Shown: positions 18,164 through 27,400, numbered from the stretch's first letter. The stretch is 64,000 bases of DNA from a virus (IMGVR_UViG_3300005688_000042), one strand, 5' to 3'. Translations and numbers: made by a program. Notes: generated by a model from the letters alone, not told the origin.

Positions 18164-18866
18164 ATTTTTTATATTTTCTCAAATCTAAATCTATCCCCAA
18201 CCGCTTACATCTTTTCTTAATTGCCGTGTCACTGACACCAAACTTCTCACCCAAAGACACCATTGAATGGTTTATGATCAATTCTGTCAATTCCTCTTTA
18301 GTGACGTTAAACTTTCTCATATTTTGAGTCCTGATGGCCTTTTTCTCTGCTGATTCATAGCTCTTCCGCTTGTCATTCTTCGGACGTTTGGAATTTCGAC
18401 CAGAAAATGTAGTAGTTTGGCTGTGACAGTTAGGACAAAGAAAACATAAATTTTCTAATCTATTGTCATCATTAATCCCATTAATGTGCTCTAATTGCAA
18501 GATTAATGGTTTGCCATTATGACTTCCATTATTATCACATTCAGAACATTTGTAAGCTAATAGATTATTTTCTGTTAGTATCTTTTTAATTGTTTTTCTA
18601 CTCGTCTTAGAACCAGTAACAAAAACATTGTGTATATTATGAGTACAATCTATGCGTGCTTTTCTATATTCTTTATAGTTTAATTTCATTTGTTCGGTAT
18701 TAATTGACTCCACACTGATCCTCCGTGTCAGTGTCCTATGGTTCCCGTTGTAACCATTAAATCCTAACTTCTCTAAAACTTCTACGATAGAACTACTTGT
18801 GTCTATCATGTTTTGTAAATCTTCTCTAGGTATTAACCATATTACTGACGTTCTTGGTTTTGGCAT
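18132..18866 (-). CDS. HNH homing endonuclease (start trimmed to MPKPRTS)
   Basis: LEHINGINDDNRLENLCFLCPNCH; late promoter plus AAGGAG RBS upstream of the ATG at 18866; C-terminus overlaps the tRNA-Gly 3' end. Confidence 0.65.
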   Translation of the reverse strand: MPKPRTSVIWLIPREDLQNMIDTSSSIVEVLEKLGFNGYNGNHRTLTRRISVESINTEQMKLNYKEYRKARIDCTHNIHNVFVTGSKTSRKTIKKILTENNLLAYKCSECDNNGSHNGKPLILQLEHINGINDDNRLENLCFLCPNCHSQTTTFSGRNSKRPKNDKRKSYESAEKKAIRTQNMRKFNVTKEELTELIINHSMVSLGEKFGVSDTAIKKRCKRLGIDLDLRKYKKLERAMGIEPT

Positions 18867-18885
18867 TCGAACTCTCCTTTTTAAG

Positions 18886-18893
18886 TATTTATA
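18886..18893 (-). promoter_or_regulatory. T4-type late promoter for the HNH gene
   Basis: Minus strand reads cgTATAAATActtaaaaaggagagttcgaATG. Confidence 0.55.
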
Positions 18894-18962
18894 CGAGTTC
18901 GTTGACATTATTCCTTTTTTGTGCGAACATGCCTTTACAACCTCCATAACCAAAAACCCACC

Positions 18963-19364
18963 ATGCGCATAATTATAGAAATCCCTGACGATCAAGTCCC
19001 CCCATCATATCGTTCTGATCTTTATCCTTCTGGTTATGCCGAGGATAATTTACATGATTTGATAATAAGTGATTCAATTTTACGCAAGCTTGAGATGAAG
19101 ATGGATTTGATCATAGCCAAAGATATTGGCGAAGAATTGAAGCAGGCTCTTAAAGAAACATACGAGGCTGACATAGCATTGCTAAAACTTTTACAACAAA
19201 ATATGAAGATAGAGTCAGAATCTGGCGTTTCAAAAGAAAAAATTCTAATTGATGGTTTGACAGATGTGGTTAAGGATTGGTATGATGGTTGCCCTAAGTC
19301 GATGAACTTTGTCACAAGAACTCTTAAACTACTTAAAACATATATGGGAAATCCAAAATGTTAA
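18963..19364 (+). CDS. hypothetical protein (start trimmed to MRIIIEIPDD)
   Basis: ORF track 18921..19364. Confidence 0.4.
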   Translation: MRIIIEIPDDQVPPSYRSDLYPSGYAEDNLHDLIISDSILRKLEMKMDLIIAKDIGEELKQALKETYEADIALLKLLQQNMKIESESGVSKEKILIDGLTDVVKDWYDGCPKSMNFVTRTLKLLKTYMGNPKC

Positions 19365-19738
19365 CTAAAATTTTTATGTTAGTGCTAGTATCTGTAATGA
19401 CATTCTTTGGCGCTATTCTTCAATATGAAAATATTATGAATTTGCTGTCATTCTTTGTGTACCTCTCTTTTACTATTTCTTTTCTATTATTTCTAGCATT
19501 AACAAATGACGCTATTTTGCAGAATAGTGCAAAGGTATATAAACCAGAGTCATCAATTACTGTCGTACACAGGACATTAAATATCATTGCGATTATAGCA
19601 TTAGTTTATCATGGGTATATTTTCCTACCAATCGTATTCATCCTTTGTCTTGCACTTAGTTTAATGATTAGAGAAGTGATCAAGCGTGAATATGAGTTGA
19701 CATTGACCGAAGATTCCAGTAAGATAGCTTCACAATAA
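19358..19738 (+). CDS. membrane protein (3-4 TM helices)
   Basis: ORF track; hydrophobic. Confidence 0.45.
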   Translation: MLTKIFMLVLVSVMTFFGAILQYENIMNLLSFFVYLSFTISFLLFLALTNDAILQNSAKVYKPESSITVVHRTLNIIAIIALVYHGYIFLPIVFILCLALSLMIREVIKREYELTLTEDSSKIASQ

Positions 19739-19755
19739 GCAGATCGGAGATATAA

Positions 19756-20034
19756 ATGTTCTTCTTTGTATTCGTAATACTTCTTATGTTAGCCATCGTG
19801 GTTGGAATTGCAGGCTTGAATTCTTATAAGCATGGAGAGATATATATGATAATAGCATGTTTATTTGGGTTCGCTTCATTATTTACACTTGAAGCAGCGT
19901 TGAATGAATATTCATGTACTAAAACATGGAACATGTCTAATACACCATCACATTATACAATGATGACTGGTTGTATGATCAAGATCGATGATAAATGGAT
20001 TCCTGCAAAGAATTACAGAGAATTCGAAGAGTAA
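19756..20034 (+). CDS. membrane protein
   Basis: ORF track; hydrophobic. Confidence 0.45.
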   Translation: MFFFVFVILLMLAIVVGIAGLNSYKHGEIYMIIACLFGFASLFTLEAALNEYSCTKTWNMSNTPSHYTMMTGCMIKIDDKWIPAKNYREFEE

Positions 20035-20040
20035 GTTTAT

Positions 20041-20116
20041 GGGACGGTAGCTCAATTGGCAGAGCATTCGGCTTTTAACCGACAGGTTCCGGGATCGTTG
20101 CCCGGTCGTCCCACCA
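20041..20116 (+). tRNA. tRNA-Lys (anticodon UUU), CCA encoded
   Basis: Acceptor GGGACGG/TCGTCCC, D-stem GCTC/GAGC, anticodon loop cuUUUaa, T-stem CCGGG/CCCGG. Confidence 0.6.
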
Positions 20117-20143
20117 TTTAATTAGGCAATATCGAACCTTATG

Positions 20144-20151
20144 TATAAATA
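20144..20151 (+). promoter_or_regulatory. T4-type late promoter TATAAATA inside a 9-bp inverted repeat (AACCTTATG...CATAAGGTT)
   Basis: Read directly; 27 nt upstream of the HNH ATG. Confidence 0.5.
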
Positions 20152-20177
20152 AGAATATAACCATAAGGTTCCATAAC

Positions 20178-20810
20178 ATGAAATGTAAAAAATGTGAAGT
20201 AGATTTTATACCATCCAAGGGGTTAATAAATTATTGTTCTCTAGCATGTAGAAATACTAGGGTCTTTACTGATGAAGCCAAAATTAAAAAAGCAGACCAG
20301 AACAAGATATTTTGGAGAAATTTATCAGATTTGGAAAGGGTAGAGAGAATATCAAAAATACATACACCAACTAGAATTAAGAAAATAAAAGAAACTCTCG
20401 AAAAGAAAATTAATGAAAAACCATTTGACTCTGTATGTTTTGATGTAAAGCGGGTTAGGGTCATAAAAGAACAAGAAAATAAATGTAATTCTTGTGGTAT
20501 TTTTGAGTGGATGGGATCTCCAATCTCATTAGAGATTGACCATATTGACGGAAATAATAAGAATAATTCTAGAGATAATCTAGAGGGATTATGTCCTAAT
20601 TGTCATTCATTAACTCCGACATGGCGAGGAAGAAACACAAGAAAGGCGAAAATAAGTGATAACGAACTTATTAATAGCATAGTAAACGCTGGCAGTATAC
20701 GCCATGGTTTGTTAAATTTAAACATGTCACCAAAGGGTGACAATTATGGTAGAGCAAAAAGACTACTAGAAAATAGTGGATTAGAAATAACCAGAGGGAT
20801 AGATTCATGA
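20178..20810 (+). CDS. HNH homing endonuclease
   Basis: EIDHIDGNNKNNSRDNLEGLCPNCH; N-terminal Cys cluster. Confidence 0.7.
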   Translation: MKCKKCEVDFIPSKGLINYCSLACRNTRVFTDEAKIKKADQNKIFWRNLSDLERVERISKIHTPTRIKKIKETLEKKINEKPFDSVCFDVKRVRVIKEQENKCNSCGIFEWMGSPISLEIDHIDGNNKNNSRDNLEGLCPNCHSLTPTWRGRNTRKAKISDNELINSIVNAGSIRHGLLNLNMSPKGDNYGRAKRLLENSGLEITRGIDS

Positions 20811-21112
20811 ATTACAATATTAAAGACATAGTTAAAGATAATAAGAGAGTGAAGTTTTGTTACTATAAGCATGGTGAATTGTTTTATAAAACTGAATGTG
20901 GCTTCATGTTTCCAGTGCCTATTAGTGATACTGGTGACGGGACTTTCTTGGATGAAGATAAAGCTATATTGTTTATGAGATATATTCGTAAACAAATTCA
21001 AGCGATTAAAAATGATAATTCCGAATTTGAGTCTATTGGTGGGTTGCCGCCACTATCAGAAAAAGAAGGCGTTGACTTGCTGAAATCTGCTGGTATTATG
21101 AATCTTTATTGA
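20807..21112 (+). CDS. hypothetical protein
   Basis: ORF track. Confidence 0.45.
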   Translation: MNYNIKDIVKDNKRVKFCYYKHGELFYKTECGFMFPVPISDTGDGTFLDEDKAILFMRYIRKQIQAIKNDNSEFESIGGLPPLSEKEGVDLLKSAGIMNLY

Positions 21113-21189
21113 ATTAGAAGACATAACAGGATATTTTTGGTACACTTGTCTGCGTTTACTATAAATAGATTTGTAGAAGAGAAAAACAA

Positions 21190-21756
21190 ATGAGAATAAA
21201 AATATCTGAATATGCAAAAATGAAAGGTGTGAGCCAGCGCACAGTATGGCGCTGGATCAAAAATAACGAACTACAAATAGAACATACACAAACTGGCAGG
21301 GTTCGCATCTTACTTGATGTCAATAAAGAGACAAAAGTCGCTGTTTATGCCCGAGTTTCGAGTACAGAAAACAAAGATAATCTTGATAGACAAAAAGATC
21401 GAGTTGTGTCTTATTGCAATGCCAAAGGATACAAAATAGAGAAGATTGTCACAGAAATTGGTTCTGGTTTAAATGACAACAGACCAAAACTTGAGTCGCT
21501 TTTAATAGATAAAGACATTGACTTGATTGTTGTGGAACACAAAGATCGATTAGCCCGTTTCGGCACCAATTACATCGAGAAATTGCTGGCTGTTTCTGAC
21601 AGAAAGATTGAGGTCATCAATCCGGTTCAGGACGAAAAAGAAGATTTAATGCAAGATTTCGTGTCACTTGTCACATCTTTTACAGCCCGGTTGTATGGAT
21701 TGCGTAGGTCCAAGCGACAGACCGAAAAGCTGATCCAATCCTTGGAAGCTGCATGA
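21190..21756 (+). CDS. tnpA: IS607-type TnpA: MerR-like HTH + serine recombinase (resolvase) domain
   Basis: KMKGVSQRTVWRW HTH; catalytic VYARVSS...RQ. Confidence 0.7.
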   Translation: MRIKISEYAKMKGVSQRTVWRWIKNNELQIEHTQTGRVRILLDVNKETKVAVYARVSSTENKDNLDRQKDRVVSYCNAKGYKIEKIVTEIGSGLNDNRPKLESLLIDKDIDLIVVEHKDRLARFGTNYIEKLLAVSDRKIEVINPVQDEKEDLMQDFVSLVTSFTARLYGLRRSKRQTEKLIQSLEAA

Positions 21757-22982
21757 AAGCTAGACGTGTAGAAAAGCATGCCATATGTCGCACAAGTCAT
21801 TATTTTAGTGACTTGTGTGATCTGACTCACAAGTCCAAAAACTTGTATAATGCATCTTTGTATGCCATTCGTCAGCATTTTTTCTCCACAAAAACATACA
21901 TCGGCTATTCAAAATTAGCTGGTGATTTCGCAAAAACTAATATAGATTACCAGCAATTACCTAGAAAAGTGTCACAACAGACCTTAAAATTGGTTGATCA
22001 AAATTTTAGATCATTCTTTGCTTTGTTGAAAGCAAAGAAAAATGACAAGGTACGTATACCAAATTACCTAGACAAATCAGGTAAATATGTGACAATTTTC
22101 ACTAATCAGGCATTATCTTTCGTTAAACCTGGATATGTAAAATTATCTGGTTATGACATCTTTATAAAGACAGAAAAAACAGATATACAACAGGTTAGAG
22201 TTGTTCCGAGAAGCAATCATTTTGATATAGAAGTGATATATTTGACAGATATAGAAGACAAAAGAAGTGACAATAGTCGTTATTTGTCCGTTGATATCGG
22301 TTTAAGTAATTTAGTAGCAACAGCGTCAAATGTCATGAAACCATTTTTAATAAATGGAAAACCATTGAAAGCTATAAACCAATATTATAATAAAAGAAAA
22401 GCAGAACTACAATCAAAATTAGGAGACAAAAGAAAGACAAGTAATAGAATCAACGCCATTTCTAGAAAAAGAAATGACAAAATTCGTGATTATTTACATA
22501 AAGCAAGTACGTGGCTTATTAATCAATTAGATTTCAACCAAATAAACACCTTAATAATCGGTGAAAATAAAGGTTGGAAACAAGAGATAAACATCGGAAA
22601 GAAAAATAATCAAAATTTTGTGTCAGTGCCATTCAATAAATTGAAACAAATGTTGACATATAAAGCCGAATCAAGAGGAATTAATGTCATTTGTCAGGAA
22701 GAGAGCTATACATCAAAGGCATCATGTTTGAGTAATGATATGATTCCGACATATGGAGAGAAGACGGATGACATGAAATTTTCTGGATATAGAAAAACCA
22801 GAGGAATTTATAAAGACAAATGTCTTGATTTAGAAATAAATGCAGATGTCAATGGCGCATATAATATTATGAGAAAAGCAGTCGGAGATGTAAAAATTGA
22901 TCCGATAGAGGCATGTAGTTGGCCCTTGTCAGTGAAAATTTCACTTGACACAAAACCTAAGTTATGTCATTATTGGCATTGA
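21753..22982 (+). CDS. tnpB: TnpB (OrfB) RuvC-like protein; C-terminal zinc finger degenerate
   Basis: RuvC-I VDIGLSN, RuvC-II IIGENKGW, RuvC-III NADVNGAYNI; both CxxC pairs lost (CLSND, CLDLE). Confidence 0.65.
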   Translation: MKARRVEKHAICRTSHYFSDLCDLTHKSKNLYNASLYAIRQHFFSTKTYIGYSKLAGDFAKTNIDYQQLPRKVSQQTLKLVDQNFRSFFALLKAKKNDKVRIPNYLDKSGKYVTIFTNQALSFVKPGYVKLSGYDIFIKTEKTDIQQVRVVPRSNHFDIEVIYLTDIEDKRSDNSRYLSVDIGLSNLVATASNVMKPFLINGKPLKAINQYYNKRKAELQSKLGDKRKTSNRINAISRKRNDKIRDYLHKASTWLINQLDFNQINTLIIGENKGWKQEINIGKKNNQNFVSVPFNKLKQMLTYKAESRGINVICQEESYTSKASCLSNDMIPTYGEKTDDMKFSGYRKTRGIYKDKCLDLEINADVNGAYNIMRKAVGDVKIDPIEACSWPLSVKISLDTKPKLCHYWH

Positions 22983-23042
22983 TTTATGGAACTATAATGA
23001 TGGTACTCCAATTACATGTGAATATAAAGTAGAGGAAAGAAA

Positions 23043-23321
23043 ATGAAAACTAAAGGTTTTACAATAATTGAATTGATGATTGTTATTGTGATTATGGCTA
23101 TAATTGCCGCAATTATCATTCCCATTGTTAAGGAAAAGCAATCATGTAAAGATAGTAACGACAAGTATTGTCGATCAAATGTTATAACAACATCTAATGG
23201 ACTGAAGATAGGGTGTATTAATGGCGTTGTTTATTTCTTAGGTGAATATCTTCGTCCAACAACTCCAGTCATTGATCCAGAAACAAAACAACCAAAAACT
23301 TGTGAAGTTGAAAGATTATGA
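23043..23321 (+). CDS. type IV pilin/pseudopilin-like protein (prepilin-type N-terminal helix)
   Basis: MKTKGFTIIELMIVIVIMAIIAAI resembles the prepilin leader/N-methylation motif (GFTLIELMIV). Confidence 0.5.
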   Translation: MKTKGFTIIELMIVIVIMAIIAAIIIPIVKEKQSCKDSNDKYCRSNVITTSNGLKIGCINGVVYFLGEYLRPTTPVIDPETKQPKTCEVERL

Positions 23322-23584
23322 AAGAACTTCATCAAATACGAATTGCAAATCAGTGCTATGCGACAGTCTCTGGCATGTTTGCTACCTTTTTGAATGATAA
23401 AATGAGAGGCGACAAATTTACTTGGGATAAGTTTCCAGATATGATGGCGCGCCATTGTGCTCTTCAGGTTGCCTTAAATGTTCCGCATGCAAAAAAAGAT
23501 GAAGTCGAATATGAAGCTAAAGCCGAGCAATACGGTAGAGAAATTGCTACTCGTCTAATTAAAGCTGCGGGTTTTGTAGAATGA
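23318..23584 (+). CDS. hypothetical protein
   Basis: ORF track. Confidence 0.45.
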   Translation: MKELHQIRIANQCYATVSGMFATFLNDKMRGDKFTWDKFPDMMARHCALQVALNVPHAKKDEVEYEAKAEQYGREIATRLIKAAGFVE

Positions 23585-23766
23585 ATATCTATGATATACA
23601 GGATGATGGTAGTTGTATTAGAATATACCTGAAAGGTAAAGTGGTCGCAATCGTCGAAGATTATTATTTCGGCGGTCATGTTCATGCCGCCATACGTCAA
23701 TTGTTAGAAGACGTAGAAGAAAAACGCCAAACTATCATGAGTTTACAACCCAAGGATCACGAATAA
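23581..23766 (+). CDS. hypothetical protein
   Basis: ORF track. Confidence 0.4.
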   Translation: MNIYDIQDDGSCIRIYLKGKVVAIVEDYYFGGHVHAAIRQLLEDVEEKRQTIMSLQPKDHE

Positions 23767-23767
23767 T

Positions 23768-23953
23768 ATGACAAAATATGAACAAAAACTCAGAGATAAC
23801 TTCGCTAAATGTGCTATGAAAACATTATTACAAATTAAAATATATGGGTGGAATAACCCAGAGTTTGTTGCAACGCAAGCATATGCTTATGCAGATAAAA
23901 TGTTAGTTGAACGTGCCAAAGTTATGGACTATATTGACGAAATGAAATGTTAA
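23768..23953 (+). CDS. hypothetical protein
   Basis: ORF track. Confidence 0.4.
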   Translation: MTKYEQKLRDNFAKCAMKTLLQIKIYGWNNPEFVATQAYAYADKMLVERAKVMDYIDEMKC

Positions 23954-23998
23954 AGGTAGATAAACAATTTAAAATGTTTTCACTGGGATAAAGTATAA

Positions 23999-24286
23999 AT
24001 GAAAAAGATCGTAGAAAAATACATCAACTTAAATTATGGTATGAGTTTGAATGATATTTTACAAACAGTAAATGGACTACCTAATCATATATCATATGAC
24101 GATATACGGTTGCAGTATGACCATGATGATGAATACGTTTGGTTAAAGTATGAAAGAGAAGAAACCGATAAAGAATATGAAGCTCGTCTTTTTTTGGAAG
24201 AACGTCGTAAAGAATTAGATAAAAACCGCGATCTCAACCAGTTGAGATATCTTATTTCTGTGTATGGGATTCCAGATGAGCAATAA
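23999..24286 (+). CDS. hypothetical protein
   Basis: ORF track. Confidence 0.45.
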   Translation: MKKIVEKYINLNYGMSLNDILQTVNGLPNHISYDDIRLQYDHDDEYVWLKYEREETDKEYEARLFLEERRKELDKNRDLNQLRYLISVYGIPDEQ

Positions 24287-24491
24287 TATACGTGATATGT
24301 CTAAGAGATATGATGTCAAAGATGTCAGAGAGTATTATGATGCTGCACCTAAGATTGAGACAAGAGAAGATGCTATCTTTTTAGCAAACGTGTGCATTGA
24401 AGAGCTTGACAAGATCAACAAAATCTTGGATACTGCGTTTGAAGCTTGTGAAAGAGACCTTAAAAATGAAGCCAGATTGGAAACCGATTGA
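24264..24491 (+). CDS. hypothetical protein
   Basis: ORF track. Confidence 0.4.
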   Translation: MGFQMSNNIRDMSKRYDVKDVREYYDAAPKIETREDAIFLANVCIEELDKINKILDTAFEACERDLKNEARLETD

Positions 24492-24717
24492 TTCTGCTCC
24501 AAAAGATGGTACAGTGTGCCTTGCAGTATGGGAACGTCAGGATGGGGAAAAGTTTATCGCAATTACTCATTTTAGTTTGGTTTATTTCCAACGAGAGTAT
24601 GTAGGATTTTTTACTGGCAATTCAAAGTTTGGAAAAGAATTGAGTATGGACGGATTTGCCAGTCCTATTAAGTGGGATTATTTACCGGATATGGAAACGA
24701 ACGCAAATGATCTTTAA
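24466..24717 (+). CDS. DUF551-like phage protein (start trimmed to MKPDWKPIDSAPKDGT)
   Basis: W.PIDSAPKDGTV motif; paralogue of 29174..29449. Confidence 0.45.
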   Translation: MKPDWKPIDSAPKDGTVCLAVWERQDGEKFIAITHFSLVYFQREYVGFFTGNSKFGKELSMDGFASPIKWDYLPDMETNANDL

Positions 24718-24933
24718 TATAAAACAAAAGCCCCGAAGCAAGGCAAAAATAAATGAACAGCGAATTTATACAAAATTCGCTTGGTTCCCACTACTACATA
24801 AAGATACCATCTATTGGTTGGAAACAGTAGTAATTACTGAAATGTATTCAAATTGTAGAGTCGTCAGCCCAGAAGGGTTCATTCACTACGGTAATAAATG
24901 GAAAAGAATTGGTATATCTAGGTTAGATCCGAA

Positions 24934-25410
24934 ATGAAAGTTGAACGAAAATATTTACACGATCTATTAAAAGATGCCTTGTCTGAAGGTGTTCTGGGTT
25001 ATGTCGATCCTGTCCTTTACGGTCCTGCGCATGATGGTGGTGGTCCATACTGTCATAATAGATTTGGTTGGTATGATTATAAAGATTATATCAAACTTAG
25101 TGACTCTCCAGAAAAAATGTTGTCTTGTAAATTTTTAGAAGTTGTTCGTCAATTTATAAAAGACAATAATATTATTTTTATCGCCTCTACTGATAATGAA
25201 TCGCATGTACCAATAGAATATGATGTTTACATAGTCATAGATGATGTAAAATATGTTATAACTGACGAGCAGCAAGATAGATATTACGATTTACTACAAA
25301 ATGCAAACGCTATCAAGGCCGCGAAATATCTCTCAGAAATCTTTGCATTACCGTTATGCGTAACATATGAATTTACAAAAAAGAATAGATACTTGACGAT
25401 CAGCTATTGA
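24934..25410 (+). CDS. hypothetical protein
   Basis: ORF track. Confidence 0.45.
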   Translation: MKVERKYLHDLLKDALSEGVLGYVDPVLYGPAHDGGGPYCHNRFGWYDYKDYIKLSDSPEKMLSCKFLEVVRQFIKDNNIIFIASTDNESHVPIEYDVYIVIDDVKYVITDEQQDRYYDLLQNANAIKAAKYLSEIFALPLCVTYEFTKKNRYLTISY

Positions 25411-25435
25411 CAAGATGAAGGACTCCATGTAAGAT
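25407..25435 (+). promoter_or_regulatory. sigma70-type promoter TTGACA-N17-TAAGAT
   Basis: Read directly. Confidence 0.5.
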
Positions 25436-25600
25436 ACACGAAAGAATCAAAGAGCGCCGCTGCGGACAGTACGGATAGACGTACACGACCAAGGGGGATC
25501 ATAGTAGGTGTGCCTTGGCCTCAACCATACTTGGGTATGCGTGAAGGGGACTATGATGAGATGCCGAAAGCTAGAACTAGGCACCGCAGCGTTAAATTAT
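25436..25600 (+). ncRNA. candidate structured small RNA (~165 nt) between promoter and next ORF
   Basis: Long-range stem CGCTGCGG (25464) / CCGCAGCG (25580); internal hairpin CCAAGG...CCTTGG; no ORF. Confidence 0.35.
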
Positions 25601-25615
25601 AACTAAGAGAGAAAT

Positions 25616-26161
25616 ATGAATAATTACTTCAAGATCCATAAGCTTACAGACGACAGAAAAGAAATGTTAAAGTCGTTCGGAACGTTGTCGCATATTAATG
25701 CGGAGTTTGTTAAAAACGTGAATAAATATGACGAATATGTTGATCCGAAATCAGTTGTAGATTTTATCGCACAGATGAAACTTGAAGGTAAGTATTGCGT
25801 CTTCTTAGCATCAAAAGAAAGGGGTGTAGAGCGCTTTCTTTCGTGGGAAGAGATCGAACAGAAGTTAATCAGTAAGCGTGATTCTATCTTAGAAGAAGGG
25901 AGAATCAAATTGGACAAGATTCTGCTTGATCTCAATCAGCAGATAATGAACCTTGATGAAAATTATGTACATGCCAATAAGACAACGCTGTCTTGGAAGC
26001 TAGTTAATGAGGCTCGAATGGAAGCGGAGTTCTTACAGGTTCATAAGAAGCTTGTACAGCATCGAAAAGAATATGTGAATGGCGACTTCCACCTTCATGT
26101 GGATGATTTCCATAATAATCGTGTATATCACTATGTTTCAGCGGATGATTTTGTGCTATGA
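25616..26161 (+). CDS. hypothetical protein
   Basis: ORF track; GAGAGAAA RBS region. Confidence 0.5.
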   Translation: MNNYFKIHKLTDDRKEMLKSFGTLSHINAEFVKNVNKYDEYVDPKSVVDFIAQMKLEGKYCVFLASKERGVERFLSWEEIEQKLISKRDSILEEGRIKLDKILLDLNQQIMNLDENYVHANKTTLSWKLVNEARMEAEFLQVHKKLVQHRKEYVNGDFHLHVDDFHNNRVYHYVSADDFVL

Positions 26162-27114
26162 AATTAATTTTAAATGATAAACTGACTAAATCTGAGAATA
26201 TACGAGAATATCCGTTAGGAGATATTATTCGGTCAAATATGACTAAGGTATTGAAACCTGATGAAAAATATCAATTCTTTTATGAATTTCCCCAGACCAA
26301 ATTGCGTAACGCGGGACTCTTGGGATTTTTGAGTCACGCTTATTCGAATCATGTGAATGTATCTATCTCACCATATGATATTTGGATTCTGATTATTAGT
26401 GAAGTGTCCAAATTTATTGTAGATAAGCCGGAACCATTTAGGGAACTGTTTACCGATTCCACTGAAAAGAAAGAAATTCTAGTTCCAACGAATAGCGAAT
26501 ATGAGATGCCGATGGATTTATTATCAGAGGCTTTATCGAAGAGCATTAATTTTGATGCGTCTATCCTCTTTCCAGAATTATCAATTGAGAGCGAAGAATC
26601 TGTTGGAATGATTCAGGCTTTATTTTGTGAAATGGCGTCACCGTATTATTCGTACTCAATGTTTATGTGTGGTCTGCCAGAGATAAAAGTGCTAGGCACC
26701 GTAGACGATTGGAAAAATATTCGCACGAACTTTGATAAGCTTTTTGAATTGCTTGGCAAGTGCTATAATTTTAAGAACTATCCAGTAAGAGTTAAAATAA
26801 TTCTAGACAATATAGTTAACTCATTTGAAGCCAGTGAGGCGGATAGAATTTCCTTTTGGAAGGATATTTTTACACAAAAGAACGTTGGTTCTGGTAGTCA
26901 ATTAGAAGTAGATGGTTGGATTACTCATTTTCTAATTGTGCAGAAAAAGCCACTAAAACTTGAGAATTTTACTAATACTATCGGTTATGTTAGATATAAG
27001 AACCTGACATCTGGTAACAATTATATGAGCATCCATGGTGGATTTGACTATGACCTTGACGAGGAAGAGTTTGCATGTTTAAGGTACAGTAAGTACATAT
27101 CGATAAAGTGTTGA
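26158..27114 (+). CDS. hypothetical protein (318 aa)
   Basis: ORF track. Confidence 0.5.
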   Translation: MKLILNDKLTKSENIREYPLGDIIRSNMTKVLKPDEKYQFFYEFPQTKLRNAGLLGFLSHAYSNHVNVSISPYDIWILIISEVSKFIVDKPEPFRELFTDSTEKKEILVPTNSEYEMPMDLLSEALSKSINFDASILFPELSIESEESVGMIQALFCEMASPYYSYSMFMCGLPEIKVLGTVDDWKNIRTNFDKLFELLGKCYNFKNYPVRVKIILDNIVNSFEASEADRISFWKDIFTQKNVGSGSQLEVDGWITHFLIVQKKPLKLENFTNTIGYVRYKNLTSGNNYMSIHGGFDYDLDEEEFACLRYSKYISIKC

Positions 27115-27139
27115 CAAGAGTTGGTGCATCAGTTATGAT
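27111..27139 (+). promoter_or_regulatory. sigma70-type promoter TTGACA-N17-TATGAT
   Basis: Read directly. Confidence 0.5.
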
Positions 27140-27400
27140 AGCACAACTTAGAAATTCGGTGATCTCACACCGGTCCTTGTCCATAAGGTGAAATGGATAG
27201 CATGCGACTGGTCATGCTCTAAACCACCCAGCAGGTAAGAGGCACTTACTGAATAGATGCCATAGCTTGAGCAACTATGTGGATGTCGAAGTCCGCGAAG
27301 GATTTGAGAAGTCCTGCTCAAAAATTTAACAGGCTATTGTAGAATTTGTGATGATGTAATAGCATATATACAAGATATAGGTAATAAAAATTAAGGAACT
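27140..27400 (+). ncRNA. ~260-nt ORF-free, hairpin-rich leader/small RNA upstream of tRNA-Asp
   Basis: Hairpins CACC..GGTG, GCATG..CATGC, GAGCA..TGCTC; repeated GAAGTCC. Confidence 0.3.

Larger units (their letters stand above)
21160..22982 (+). mobile_element. IS607-like element copy 1 (TnpA serine recombinase + TnpB), left end begins TATAAATAGAT
   Basis: Gene pair below; no inverted repeats expected for IS607-type elements. Confidence 0.55.
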
